In this document: one piece after another, positions 18,998-29,012 of the stretch | Layout of the letters: every line of letters begins with the position of its first letter | How positions within the stretch are numbered: position 1 is the stretch's first letter | From: Nitrosomonadaceae bacterium | GTDB lineage: Bacteria > Pseudomonadota > Gammaproteobacteria > Burkholderiales > Nitrosomonadaceae | NCBI GenBank assembly: GCA_965238155.1 | Contig: OZ250175.1 | Location: 1,585,624-1,617,623, forward strand | Direction of reading: 5' to 3' | DNA: 32,000 nt | Notes under the pieces: generated by a model | The model's input: only the letters and a program-made list of their open reading frames with translations | What the model was told of the DNA's origin: nothing | Databases searched by the model: none | Position numbers and translations under genes: made by a program

Positions 18998-19770
18998 ATT
19001 CGGGTCGCCTGGAATATGCTACTTAAAAATTGATCCGTATTGGATAAAAATGGTATATGACCACAATCGGGTAACATAGTTAATTTAGAATCTTGTAAGT
19101 TCTCATGCAACCATCTTGCTGCATTTGGATGCACAATGACATCACGCTCACCATGTAACAAAGTTACCGGATGGTTAATATTCTTTATACTTCTACGCAA
19201 ATCAGTTGTAAGTAAAATTTGCATCCCTATCTGCAATCCATCCTGATCCGGCATTCCTTTTCGGAAAATGTTCTTACGTAATTGCCTTAACAGCGAAATA
19301 GTATTCACATCACCGCTTAACTGCAAAGTAAAAAATCTATTTAAAGTGGAGGTATAATTTTGTTTTAAATTTCTAATAAATAGATTTAACGTAGCTTCTT
19401 CCATTGCCCATACCCAATCTTCGTGCTGAACAAAGCTTGGCGTTGTGGATACCAAAATAAGTTTATTGATTCTTTCCGGTATATCCAATGCCAGTTTCAT
19501 TGCTATCTGCCCACCTAACGACCACCCACAGATAATGCTGTGTTCAGGTAAACTGTCCATAATCATTTCAGACATGTTCTTTAGGGTATCTGGTCCGTGT
19601 ATCCATGGGGTCGGACTAACTCCGTGCCCCGGAAGATCCACCAGATGTAAGCGAAAATACTGTGCTAACTGGCTACGAACACTGCTCCAGATGCCACTAT
19701 GCATTGCCCAGCCGTGCAATAATACAAGATCCGGGCCTTCACCAAGAGTTTCAATGTAAACCTTTCTCAT
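18994..19770 (-). CDS. bioH: Pimeloyl-ACP methyl ester carboxylesterase
   Basis: Alpha/beta hydrolase with LVLLHGWAMHSGIWSSV...LHLVDLPGHG...GWSLGG (nucleophile elbow), closely resembling BioH, in bio operon context. Confidence 0.8.
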   Translation of the reverse strand: MRKVYIETLGEGPDLVLLHGWAMHSGIWSSVRSQLAQYFRLHLVDLPGHGVSPTPWIHGPDTLKNMSEMIMDSLPEHSIICGWSLGGQIAMKLALDIPERINKLILVSTTPSFVQHEDWVWAMEEATLNLFIRNLKQNYTSTLNRFFTLQLSGDVNTISLLRQLRKNIFRKGMPDQDGLQIGMQILLTTDLRRSIKNINHPVTLLHGERDVIVHPNAARWLHENLQDSKLTMLPDCGHIPFLSNTDQFLSSIFQATRI

Positions 19771-19893
19771 AGCATCACCGCCATCAAGATCATTCTATTA
19801 ATTATTGAAAAAAGAGTGGAAAAGGTGAGAATGAGAAACTGCAATCTAATATATAAATTAAAAAAACTGATCTTTAACAAAAATCCAGAAAAT

Positions 19894-21042
19894 TTATTCT
19901 AGTTCTCGTAGTGCTGCTGCTAACCGTTCAATATCTTTTGTGCTGTGTGCCGCTGACAAGGAAATTCGTAACCTTGCCGAATTTTTTGGTACCGTTGGCG
20001 GACGAATCGCAGGAATTAAAATACCCCTTTCTTGTAATGCATTACTAATCTGCATGACTTCACTATTCCCCCCAATTATTACGGGTTGTATAGGAGTATC
20101 AGAGGGCAACAAATTCCAGCGTAGCAATTGCAACTCCTTTTTTAAATGCTCAGTTAGCTGTATCAATTTTTTACGTCGCCACTCTTCCCGCTTAATCAAT
20201 ACCAAGCTTTTCAATAAAGTATAGGATAATAATGGTGGCATAGCTGTAGTATATATGTAGCTCCGGGCATATTGAATTAGTGTCTCAATAACCACCTTTT
20301 GCCCGGCAACGAAAGCACCGGACACACCCGCCGCTTTACCGAGAGTTGCCATGTAAATAATCCGCGGCGAATTAAAATTAAAATGAGAAACTATTCCCCG
20401 TCCCTGGTTGCCAAGCACTCCGAAACCATGTGCATCATCAAGTAACAACCAGGCATTATATTTTTCACATAATGCTAATAACTCAGCAACGGGTGCAATA
20501 TCTCCGTCCATACTAAAAACTGCATCGGTTATCACTAATTTACAATTAGCCTGAGATACGGACAACCGTTGCTCTAAAATAGCTAAATCAAGATGTGGAT
20601 ATCGTATCCATTTTGCATGGGAGAGCATTGCAGCATCATTGAGAGATGCATGGTTAAGCTTATCAGAGTATATTTCATCTCCACGTCCTACTAGTGTAGT
20701 CACTATTCCGGCATTAGCCATGTATCCAGAAGAAAACAATAATGCCCTGGGAAATCCCGTAAAATTCGCCAGCATCTCCTCTAGTTTATGATGAGAGGTA
20801 TGGTGTCCGATGATCAAATGTGATGCGCCTGCTCCTACACCATATTGGTGTGCACCTTCACAAATCGCTTCAATTAACTCCGGATGATTGGCGAGACCAA
20901 GATAATCGTTACTACAAAATGAAAGATAGTTCTGTCCTGCTATCGAGACATGGACTCCCTGTGACCCTTCTAAAGTCAAACGATGTCGATACAATCCGTT
21001 ACTTTTCCGGCTATGTAACCGTCTAGTAGAATCTGAATACAT
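19894..21042 (-). CDS. bioF: 8-amino-7-oxononanoate synthase
   Basis: 382-aa class-II aminotransferase-like protein (NDYLGL, DDAHGFGVLG, TLGKAAG PLP-Lys motif) in bio operon context. Confidence 0.92.
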   Translation of the reverse strand: MYSDSTRRLHSRKSNGLYRHRLTLEGSQGVHVSIAGQNYLSFCSNDYLGLANHPELIEAICEGAHQYGVGAGASHLIIGHHTSHHKLEEMLANFTGFPRALLFSSGYMANAGIVTTLVGRGDEIYSDKLNHASLNDAAMLSHAKWIRYPHLDLAILEQRLSVSQANCKLVITDAVFSMDGDIAPVAELLALCEKYNAWLLLDDAHGFGVLGNQGRGIVSHFNFNSPRIIYMATLGKAAGVSGAFVAGQKVVIETLIQYARSYIYTTAMPPLLSYTLLKSLVLIKREEWRRKKLIQLTEHLKKELQLLRWNLLPSDTPIQPVIIGGNSEVMQISNALQERGILIPAIRPPTVPKNSARLRISLSAAHSTKDIERLAAALRELE

Positions 21043-21054
21043 TCTGGCTGAAAA

Positions 21055-22068
21055 CTACAATGATTGAAGCCCCAGTTTTCTGAACATGATTTTATCTTGT
21101 TCAACCTCAGGATTACCTGTAGTAAGCAATTTATCCCCGTAGAAAATTGAATTGGCACCTGCAAGAAAACACAATGCCTGTACTGCTTCAGACATCTCAC
21201 TTCTACCGGCCGAAAGCCTTACCATTGCTTTAGGCATTGTGATTCTGGCAGCCGCAATAGTACGTATAAACTCAAAAGAATCAAGTTCGTCTGTGCCATA
21301 TAGTGGAGTACCTTTAACCTGGACCAGATTATTTACAGGAACTGATTCAGGATAAGGACTAAGGTTCGCTAATTGGGTAATCAGTCCTGCACGTGCATTA
21401 CGAGACTCACCCATGCCAACAATACCTCCACAGCATACATGCATACCTGCACTACGCACGCTTTCAAGTGTATTTAGACGGTCCTGGTAATCTCTGGTTG
21501 TAATAATTTCACCATAAAATTCTGGTGCTGTATCAAGATTATGATTGTAATAATCTAATCCTGCTTCCCTCAGCTGTTCAGCCTGTCCTGGCTTCAGCAT
21601 TCCTAGTGTGGCGCAGGTTTCTAAACCCAGCTCCTTCACTGCACTGATAATTTCCGTAATTTTTTCTATATCGCGTTGTTTAGGCCCACGCCAGGCTGCA
21701 CCCATACAAAAACGCGAGGCACCTTGACTCTTTGCTTCTTTAGCCGTTGAAACCACCTTATCCAGTGACAACATATCCTCATCATTCACTCCAGTATGGT
21801 AGCGGGCTGCCTGGGGGCAATAACCACAATCTTCCGAACACCCCCCTGTCTTAACAGAAACCAGCGTAGAAAGTTGTACAGTATTGGCATCATGGTATTG
21901 CCTGTGCACACACTGGGCCTGATAAATCAGATCATTGAATGGCAGATCTAATAACTCTTCAATTTGAGAAGTATTCCAGGATGACAAAGCATTAGTTTCT
22001 TTATCAGTCGTCTGAACTGGCTGCTTTTTTGTTATGCTATCTGTATGATTGGAGGATAGTTGATTCAT
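21055..22068 (-). CDS. bioB: Biotin synthase (radical SAM)
   Basis: [10 protein letters not shown] radical-SAM cluster motif, YNHNLDT and GMGES. Confidence 0.97.
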   Translation of the reverse strand: MNQLSSNHTDSITKKQPVQTTDKETNALSSWNTSQIEELLDLPFNDLIYQAQCVHRQYHDANTVQLSTLVSVKTGGCSEDCGYCPQAARYHTGVNDEDMLSLDKVVSTAKEAKSQGASRFCMGAAWRGPKQRDIEKITEIISAVKELGLETCATLGMLKPGQAEQLREAGLDYYNHNLDTAPEFYGEIITTRDYQDRLNTLESVRSAGMHVCCGGIVGMGESRNARAGLITQLANLSPYPESVPVNNLVQVKGTPLYGTDELDSFEFIRTIAAARITMPKAMVRLSAGRSEMSEAVQALCFLAGANSIFYGDKLLTTGNPEVEQDKIMFRKLGLQSL

Positions 22069-22099
22069 TCTGTTTTGTCTGTTGTTAAGAATGAATCAA

Positions 22100-22150
22100 A
22101 TCATCAGGGATTAAGTTAATGTTGTCAATTTTTTACCTGATATAACTTAA
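22100..22150 (-). promoter_or_regulatory. Candidate bio operon promoter with flanking inverted repeat (possible operator)
   Basis: On the minus strand, a perfect TTGACA (22128..22123), a 17-nt spacer and GATGAT (22105..22100). A perfect 8-bp inverted repeat TTAAGTTA / TAACTTAA (22111..22118 and 22143..22150) brackets the -35 hexamer. A third related half-site, TTGTTAAG, lies at 22082..22089. Confidence 0.3.
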
Positions 22151-22258
22151 CAATAGATTAAAAATCAGGCTATGTTTCTAGAAATGTTATCTATCTATAA
22201 TTTATATTGCTATTAATAACATCTTATAGTTACATGACCTGAGCACACCTCCTGCATA

Positions 22259-23263
22259 TTAAGAGATAAGGCTTTCTGTCTTTTGCTCACGATTCAGTAA
22301 GACCTCTAATGCCTTCTTAGCCGGTACCTCATCATTAAGTATGCTACATACTGCCTGAGTGATTGGCATCTCAACATCAAGTTCCTGACTTAGTTTTAGT
22401 ACGGCTCGCGCCGTATAAACTCCTTCTGCAATATGGCCAAGTTCTTGTAGAATATCTGGTAGTGATTTTCCTGCCGCCAACATTAACCCCACCTGTCGGT
22501 TACGTGAAAGATCTCCGGTGCAGGTAAGTATCAGATCACCGACCCCTGTTAACCCCATGAAGGTTTCCATCCTGCCACCTAGTTTTAAACCCAACCGACT
22601 AATTTCAGCAAGTCCCCTTGTGATTAACGCGGCGCGGGCATTGTGACCTAATCCCATACCATCAGAAATACCGGCAGCAATAGTAATTACATTTTTAATT
22701 GCCCCACCTGTTTCTACACCGATAGTATCGTTGCTTGAATATACTCTTAATCTGGAAGTATGTATTTGTGCCGCAGTATTTTTTGAAAATTCCTCATCAC
22801 GTGACGCCAGAGTCAAAGCCGCCGGTAATCCCTGAGCAACCTCTTGAGCGAAACTAGGTCCTGACAATACACCATAAGGAGCTACCCCTTCATATTCCTC
22901 AAGTACGATCTGATATGGTAATTTAGCTGATTCAGCTTCAAATCCCTTACCCCCCCAAATTACAGGAATGGCTTTTCCACATGAAACAATTGCACGTAAT
23001 GTCTCTCTCAACCCTGCAGTAGGAACAACAATCAGTGCCAGATCAGCTTTAACAGCTACATTAAGATCAGAGGTTAAGCGCAGAGATTCAGGTAACGGAA
23101 AACCCGGTAAAAATTGCCTGTTAGTGTGTTCTTGTGAAAGTTCGACACAATGACCGGAATCCTTCGTCCACAGAGTTATCTCGTGTCTTGAATTGGAATT
23201 TTTTAAAAGATTGATAGCCAAGGCAGTGCCCCAGGCACCTGCACCTAAAACGGCTATTTTCAT
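22259..23263 (-). CDS. gpsA: NAD(P)H-dependent glycerol-3-phosphate dehydrogenase
   Basis: 334 aa with the N-terminal Rossmann motif KIAVLGAGAWGTALA and typical GpsA sequence throughout. Confidence 0.95.
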   Translation of the reverse strand: MKIAVLGAGAWGTALAINLLKNSNSRHEITLWTKDSGHCVELSQEHTNRQFLPGFPLPESLRLTSDLNVAVKADLALIVVPTAGLRETLRAIVSCGKAIPVIWGGKGFEAESAKLPYQIVLEEYEGVAPYGVLSGPSFAQEVAQGLPAALTLASRDEEFSKNTAAQIHTSRLRVYSSNDTIGVETGGAIKNVITIAAGISDGMGLGHNARAALITRGLAEISRLGLKLGGRMETFMGLTGVGDLILTCTGDLSRNRQVGLMLAAGKSLPDILQELGHIAEGVYTARAVLKLSQELDVEMPITQAVCSILNDEVPAKKALEVLLNREQKTESLIS

Positions 23264-23742
23264 GAACCCCAGACCTGAGTAATCTTTACATAACCAGTCT
23301 GTCCATCACGATGTCGTACCTTTGCCCATCCATTTACAGAGGTCTCCAGCCACTCCAAAATAACATCTTTTTGAGCCTGAAATACCAATGTTGAATTGAT
23401 ATCTGCTGCCTGATACACCTGAGCCTGATGCTCAATAACAACTACAAAGCGTTTGTCACTTACCGCTTTCTGTTCGACCCAGGAAAGAGTACCACTACTA
23501 TCACGAACCTTTACCCATCCCTCAACTCTAACAACTGCTTCCACAGGCAGATAACGGCTGGCCACATACAACTTATCCGCTTTTATTGAAGGAGCGTTAT
23601 ACATAATCACTGCGTTATCAGCCATAGAAAGGTATTCTAATGCAGCGACAGCATGTGAATGAAAGCCCAATAATACGACTAACAATGCTGCTCGGACCTG
23701 GTATTTTCTGAGTCTAATTTCTTTATATATTTTGCGTTTCAT
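23260..23742 (-). CDS. Secreted bacterial SH3-domain protein
   Basis: Two SH3b-like units (GWVKVRDSSGTLSWVEQ and GWAKVRHRDGQTGYVKITQVW) follow a signal-like segment. I prefer the ATG at 23742 (MKRKIYKE...), which removes the overlap with secB. It overlaps gpsA by 4 nt. Confidence 0.7.
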   Translation of the reverse strand: MKRKIYKEIRLRKYQVRAALLVVLLGFHSHAVAALEYLSMADNAVIMYNAPSIKADKLYVASRYLPVEAVVRVEGWVKVRDSSGTLSWVEQKAVSDKRFVVVIEHQAQVYQAADINSTLVFQAQKDVILEWLETSVNGWAKVRHRDGQTGYVKITQVWGS

Positions 23743-23776
23743 TATCAATACAATTCCTATGATATTGGTACTCACA

Positions 23777-24247
23777 CTACTGCTTTGTTGTATTTGCAGG
23801 CTGATCTGATCCGTTTGCCATAGCTTTTTGTTTGCTCTCATTGTAAAGCGCCTCGAAATTAACAGGGCTCAAAATTACCGGCGGAAATCCAGCACGCGTA
23901 ACTATGTCTGAAACTGTTTCGCGCATATAAGGAAATATCACGTTAGGACACACTATATTCAATATGGGAAGCATCTCTGCTTCTTCTATGTTAATTATCT
24001 GGAAAACTCCGGCTTGCTGTACCTCAATCAAAAACAATGTCTTGTCCTTGGTTTTTGCGGTGATGGTTACCGTTAGTACTACCTCATGCATACTTTCTTT
24101 AATACTCTTATCATCAATATGCAGTTGCATATCAATTTTTGGAGCCTCGGACTCAAGAAAAACCAAAGGCGCATCAGATATCTCTAAAGACAAATCTTTG
24201 ACGTATATTTTTTCAATGTTAAAAATGCGCTGCTGTTGTTCTTCCAT
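23777..24247 (-). CDS. secB: Protein-export chaperone SecB
   Basis: 156 aa. FNIEKIYVKDLSLE...VVLTVTITAK...CPNVIFPYMRETVSD is typical of SecB. Confidence 0.93.
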   Translation of the reverse strand: MEEQQQRIFNIEKIYVKDLSLEISDAPLVFLESEAPKIDMQLHIDDKSIKESMHEVVLTVTITAKTKDKTLFLIEVQQAGVFQIINIEEAEMLPILNIVCPNVIFPYMRETVSDIVTRAGFPPVILSPVNFEALYNESKQKAMANGSDQPANTTKQ

Positions 24248-24397
24248 TTTTTATCCTATTTAGAGTTACATATATACAAACCATAATACCGGCCAAATGT
24301 ATATGATATGAAACTCATTTAATAAATATATTTACTTACGATGTATCCGGATTACTCCCTAAATATACTCGTAACTATCTTCATAATGAGCAAAAAA

Positions 24398-24655
24398 CTA
24401 AACTGCCAGTAATTTTGTCAATTCATTGTTTCTATTCAGCATAGCCAAATCATCATATCCCCCAACATGGGTTTCTCCGATATAGATTTGTGGTACAGTC
24501 CTCCGCCCTGTTTTCTCTAACATTTCAGTATGCCGCTCAGGTTCCAGATCAACTCGTATTTTTTCGATTTCTTCTGCACCTTTTGAACGCAAAAGTTTTT
24601 CTGCCATTACGCAATATGGACAGAATCCAGTAGAGTACATAACTATTCTATTCAT
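24398..24655 (-). CDS. grxC: Glutaredoxin 3
   Basis: 85 aa with the CPYC active site, TVPQIYIG and GGYDDL. Confidence 0.93.
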   Translation of the reverse strand: MNRIVMYSTGFCPYCVMAEKLLRSKGAEEIEKIRVDLEPERHTEMLEKTGRRTVPQIYIGETHVGGYDDLAMLNRNNELTKLLAV

Positions 24656-24665
24656 GAATTTACTC

Positions 24666-25079
24666 TTATTTCTTTACTATCGGTAAATCTGCAGTCTTCC
24701 ATGTATCTATTCCACCTGTCAGATTATGTATAAGTGCAAAGCCATTTGCATGTAATGTAGCACTTGCAGACCCGGATCGAACTCCACTCCGGTATATGAC
24801 AACAATAGGCTTATCCTTGAATTTTTCCAGTTCCTCTATGCGGTCTTTAATTTTATCTGCAGGTATATGTATCGAGTTCGGAATATGACCCGCATCATAT
24901 TCACTTTCCTCTCGTACATCTAATACCAGCGCATCCTTATAGTTGATAAGCTGCACTGCTAATAATGTGCTTATTTCTCTGCCAGAGCGCCGCGAAAGTA
25001 ATTCCCACAATAAAAGACTGCCACTCAACACGAGAATTATGACCAACAAAATATTATTCTGCACAAACGCCAATTTCAC
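24666..25079 (-). CDS. Membrane-anchored rhodanese-domain protein (YibN-like)
   Basis: An N-terminal TM helix followed by a rhodanese fold (DVREESEYDAGHIPNSIHIP...GGIDTW). The yibN-grxC-secB-gpsA order matches the E. coli cluster. Confidence 0.8.
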   Translation of the reverse strand: MKLAFVQNNILLVIILVLSGSLLLWELLSRRSGREISTLLAVQLINYKDALVLDVREESEYDAGHIPNSIHIPADKIKDRIEELEKFKDKPIVVIYRSGVRSGSASATLHANGFALIHNLTGGIDTWKTADLPIVKK

Positions 25080-25439
25080 ACCCTTTCATTTTCAAAGCCC
25101 TAGATTTTATCAGAGACCACGGTACTCCGGTGCCTTCATATTCAAGCTAAAATTTGATCTCAATATATTTATTGCTAGTTTTATTATTCTTTTTCTTAAT
25201 TGCGATAATTTCAAACGTGATATTGAAAAAATTAATAACAGGAACAAAAGGTTAATTCAATAATACTAAATAACGTCGAAACTCTTACAAGTCATCAATT
25301 TCTTCGAAATGAATGATTAATATCCCTATAAACTATATCAGTCTGATCTATATCATGCAGTATTTGTCTAAATATACTAAAATATCATGGTATTTCAAGT
25401 TTCTCTATAGAAGATCTCGTCCTTTTTATACAGGCAAAT

Positions 25440-26195
25440 ATGAAAAAAATTGTTCTCCTACGACACGGGGAAAGTATTTTCAATAAAGAAAATCGCTTTA
25501 CTGGCTGGACAGATGTCGATTTATCAGCAAAAGGTTTGGAAGAAGCTAAAAACTGCGGCAGATTATTACTAAAAGAACATTTTGTATTTGATGTTGCCTT
25601 TACTTCAGTTTTGAAACGTGCCATTCGTACATTATGGATTACTCTGGATGAAATGGATCAAATGTGGATCCCTGTCAGTCATTCATGGCGACTTAATGAA
25701 CGGCACTATGGCGCATTACAAGGCTTGAATAAGGCTGAAACTGCAGCTAAGTATGGTGAAGAACAAATCTTAATCTGGCGACGCAGCTATGATATTCAGC
25801 CTCCTGCTTTAACATCTGATGACAACCGTTATCCTGGTCTGGATCCAAGATATAAGAACCTAATAAAACAAGACGTACCTCTTACTGAGTGCCTCAAGGA
25901 TACAGTTAACAGGTTCCTTCCTTATTGGAAAGAATCTATTGTTCCACTGATCCAGTCAGGACAACGTGTAATCATTGTTGCCCATGGAAATTCACTACGG
26001 GCACTTGTTAAATATCTTGATAATATGTCTGACCAAAATGTTTTAAAACTCAACATCCCTACCGGAATTCCATTGGTCTATGAGCTTGATGATAATTTGA
26101 AGCCTATCCAGCATTATTATTTAGGCGATCAGGCTGAAATTGAAAAAGCAAAGCAAGCAACAGCAAATCAGGGAAAGATACAATCTAGTCAATGA
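25440..26195 (+). CDS. gpmA: 2,3-bisphosphoglycerate-dependent phosphoglycerate mutase
   Basis: 251 aa with [18 protein letters not shown] (catalytic His), ERHYGALQG and AHGNSLRAL. Confidence 0.96.
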   Translation: MKKIVLLRHGESIFNKENRFTGWTDVDLSAKGLEEAKNCGRLLLKEHFVFDVAFTSVLKRAIRTLWITLDEMDQMWIPVSHSWRLNERHYGALQGLNKAETAAKYGEEQILIWRRSYDIQPPALTSDDNRYPGLDPRYKNLIKQDVPLTECLKDTVNRFLPYWKESIVPLIQSGQRVIIVAHGNSLRALVKYLDNMSDQNVLKLNIPTGIPLVYELDDNLKPIQHYYLGDQAEIEKAKQATANQGKIQSSQ

Positions 26196-26334
26196 GTTAT
26201 TTACTTAAATTTATGTAGGGAAAGATGCATTTCCATATTCTTGTTCGTGTCACAAGAATACTTAAATTATGTCGGTTCATGATTTCTTCTACATAAATAA
26301 GTAATTAATATTTTCTTTATTAATTTTAGCTAAT

Positions 26335-27506
26335 ATGCGCTCAGGTATACCCCCCTGGTTAGTTTTCCTCAGTAGTCTATTGCTACCCAATGCACTCTAT
26401 GCAGCTCCAGATAGCAATAAAAAAGACCTTGGTCAGCTGCGTGACCGCATTGAGAATCTTCGAAAAGTCCTTGCAGATAAGGAAGAATCAAAATCAGAGT
26501 TATCAGACGCTTTACATGAATCCGAGCAAGCCGTAGAAGGAATTAATCAGAAGTTAGATAACCTTAAAGAAGAACGGCATAAAATTAAAAATAGGCTCAG
26601 TCAATTACAAAACGAACATGATGTAACCCAAAATAAGATTCTGGATCAACAAACCCATCTTGGTAAATTACTTTATCAGCAATACATTGGTGGAAAATAT
26701 GAATTTTTTAGACTGTTACTAGATCAAAAGGATCCAAATCAGATTTCACGTGAATTGTATTATTACGGATATATCTCCCGCACACGTACAGAAGATATAA
26801 ATATATTACGTGCCAACCTTGAGAGGCTCCGAACTATTGTTGACGAGGCTGATAAGAAAACTACAGAAATTATTTCAATCCAGACAAAACAGGCCGGACA
26901 AAAAGAAATTCTGGAACAGGAGGAAATTAAATACAAAGAACTACTTGCAAGACTTTCTAAAGAAGTTGCGAAAGGACAATGTAAAATTCGTAAACTCCAA
27001 AATGATGAAAAACGCCTATCGCGTCTGATAAATAAGATTGGTAATCGCAAAGACCGTTCTGAAAAAAGAAATAAAGAGCATTTGCCTGATGCATCATTAG
27101 ATAAAAAGGCATTTAAAAAACTAAAGGGGCAATTAAATTTACCTGTAAACGGGGAAATCGTAAACAGTTTTGGTAGCCCGCGATCAAAAGGGGGGTTACT
27201 TGGAAAGGCCTATTTATAAGCGCATCTGTTGGTATTGATGTAATAGCTATTGCAGATGGGCAGGTAGTTTTTGCTGATTGGTTAAGAGGATTTGGTAATA
27301 TTCTAATAGTGGATCATGGTGGCGACTATATGAGCCTATATGGTAATAACAAAATTCTTGCTAAAAAGGTAGGCGAAACTATTCATGGTGGTGATATTAT
27401 TGCAACTGTAGGAAACAGCGGCGGCAATCTAAATTCCGGTTTATACTTTGAACTACGTCATAAAGGTAAACCATTTGACCCATTAAAATGGATTAGATTA
27501 AAGTAA
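26335..27506 (+). pseudogene. EnvC-like coiled-coil / M23 (LytM) domain protein, split by a single-base frame disruption in a G6 run
   Basis: Track ORF 26335..27219 carries the signal peptide and a long coiled coil. Track ORF 27309..27506 is the end of the M23 domain. The second frame is open from 27177 and reads WKGLFISASVGIDVIAIADGQVVFADWLRGFGNILIVDHGGDYMSLYGNN. The frames meet at GGGGGG (27190..27195), and one extra G restores ...SPRSKGGVTWKGLFI... Confidence 0.8.
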
Positions 27507-27544
27507 AGAATACTATTGAAACAAATAAGTTTGGAGAAAACGTA

Positions 27545-28990
27545 ATGCGTAACAAACTTCAGAAATTTGGCCTGCTTCTTATAGGTGCTGTTGCAGGTGT
27601 AATGCTCAGCCTTAATTTTTCCGCAGTTGCTGATAAAGAAACCAATAAGATTATGCTCCCTCTTCCGGTTGAAGAGTTGCGTGCATTTACTGAAGTATTT
27701 GGCCGAATTAAAATGAATTACGTTGAACCAGTGGAGGATGGAAAACTAATTACTGAAGCTATTAATGGCATGCTGACCGGCCTTGATCCTCACTCCGCAT
27801 ACTTAGATAAAGATGCCTATAATGAATTGCAAATTGGTACTCAAGGAGAATTTGGTGGGCTGGGTATTGAAGTTACTATGGAAAGTGGATTTGTCAAAGT
27901 AATCTCACCAATAGAAGATACTCCTGCATTTCGCGCCGGCATGAAAGCTGGCGACCTAATTATCAAGCTCGATAATACAGCAGTCAAAGGCATGACACTC
28001 AGTGATGCCATTAAAATTATGCGCGGCAAACCTAATACCCCTATTACTATAAGTGTGCTGCGCAAAGGCGAAATAAAACCGATTATATTTACTATAGTAC
28101 GCGCCATTATCAAGATCCAAAGCGTAAAATCAAAATTACTTGAGCCTGGGTATGCATATATTCGTGTTACACAGTTTCAAGAACAAACCGGAGAAAATCT
28201 GGCTAAAGCTATAGATAAATTGTTTAATGAGAGCCCGATACCTATGAAAGGATTAGTTCTGGATTTACGGAATGATCCCGGCGGATTACTTAATGGTGCC
28301 GTGGCAGTATCTGCTGCTTTTTTACAACCCGATTCACTTGTGGTTTATACAGACGGGCGCACTCATGATGCCAAGATGAAACTTAAGGCCAGCCCTGAAT
28401 TCTATCTTCGTAATATGAAAAGTGATTACTTGAATAAATTACCGCCGGAAATTAAAACGGTTCCTATGGTGACGTTAGTAAATGGCGGATCTGCTTCAGC
28501 TTCAGAAATTGTTGCAGGAGCATTACAGGATCATAAGCGCTCTGTAATAATGGGCACTCAAACCTTTGGCAAAGGATCAGTGCAAACCATACTACCATTA
28601 GGCAATAGCACAGCGATTAAACTCACCACTGCCCGTTACTATACGCCTAACGGTCTATCTATCCAGGCCAAAGGCATCACACCAGATATTCTCGACGAAT
28701 CAGCAAGGGATGAGTCTGGACGGTTACGTGAAGCAGATTTAGAGGGCCATCTGCTAAATGGGTCAGATGAAGAGAGAAAAGCAATTGAAGAAGCGAGAGT
28801 GATATTAAATCAAGAAAACGAGACACCCGAGTCTAATGGTAAAGGCAATAAAGATAAAAAAAATGAAGAACCAATTGTTCTTGGTTCCAGCAATGATTTA
28901 TTATTGAAACAAGCCTTGAATCATTTTAAAGGCATTACTACACCAAAAAAAGATCTGCGAGAATTAGCAACTAAAGGTACGAAAAACTAA
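27545..28990 (+). CDS. ctpA: Carboxy-terminal processing protease (S41 family)
   Basis: 481 aa with a signal anchor, a PDZ region (GGLGIEV...AGDLIIKLDN), and the S41 catalytic region (LDLRNDPGGLL, GSASASEI, TFGKGSVQ). Confidence 0.9.
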   Translation: MRNKLQKFGLLLIGAVAGVMLSLNFSAVADKETNKIMLPLPVEELRAFTEVFGRIKMNYVEPVEDGKLITEAINGMLTGLDPHSAYLDKDAYNELQIGTQGEFGGLGIEVTMESGFVKVISPIEDTPAFRAGMKAGDLIIKLDNTAVKGMTLSDAIKIMRGKPNTPITISVLRKGEIKPIIFTIVRAIIKIQSVKSKLLEPGYAYIRVTQFQEQTGENLAKAIDKLFNESPIPMKGLVLDLRNDPGGLLNGAVAVSAAFLQPDSLVVYTDGRTHDAKMKLKASPEFYLRNMKSDYLNKLPPEIKTVPMVTLVNGGSASASEIVAGALQDHKRSVIMGTQTFGKGSVQTILPLGNSTAIKLTTARYYTPNGLSIQAKGITPDILDESARDESGRLREADLEGHLLNGSDEERKAIEEARVILNQENETPESNGKGNKDKKNEEPIVLGSSNDLLLKQALNHFKGITTPKKDLRELATKGTKN

Positions 28991-29012
28991 AAAAATAATA
29001 CTGTAGTAAATA

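Noticed and set aside
26236-26260. Hairpin TATTCTTGT-N7-ACAAGAATA downstream of gpmA as an intrinsic terminator.
   Set aside because: The 9-bp stem is AT-rich and there is no trailing T tract. It is too weak to call.
27186-27200. Possible programmed -1 ribosomal frameshift or transcriptional slippage at A-AAG-GGG-GGT in the EnvC-like gene.
   Set aside because: The G-rich heptamer is not a known efficient bacterial slippery site, and I see no downstream stimulatory structure. G6 is short for transcriptional slippage. The same one-base deficit occurs in unrelated genes, which points to an error or a simple mutation.
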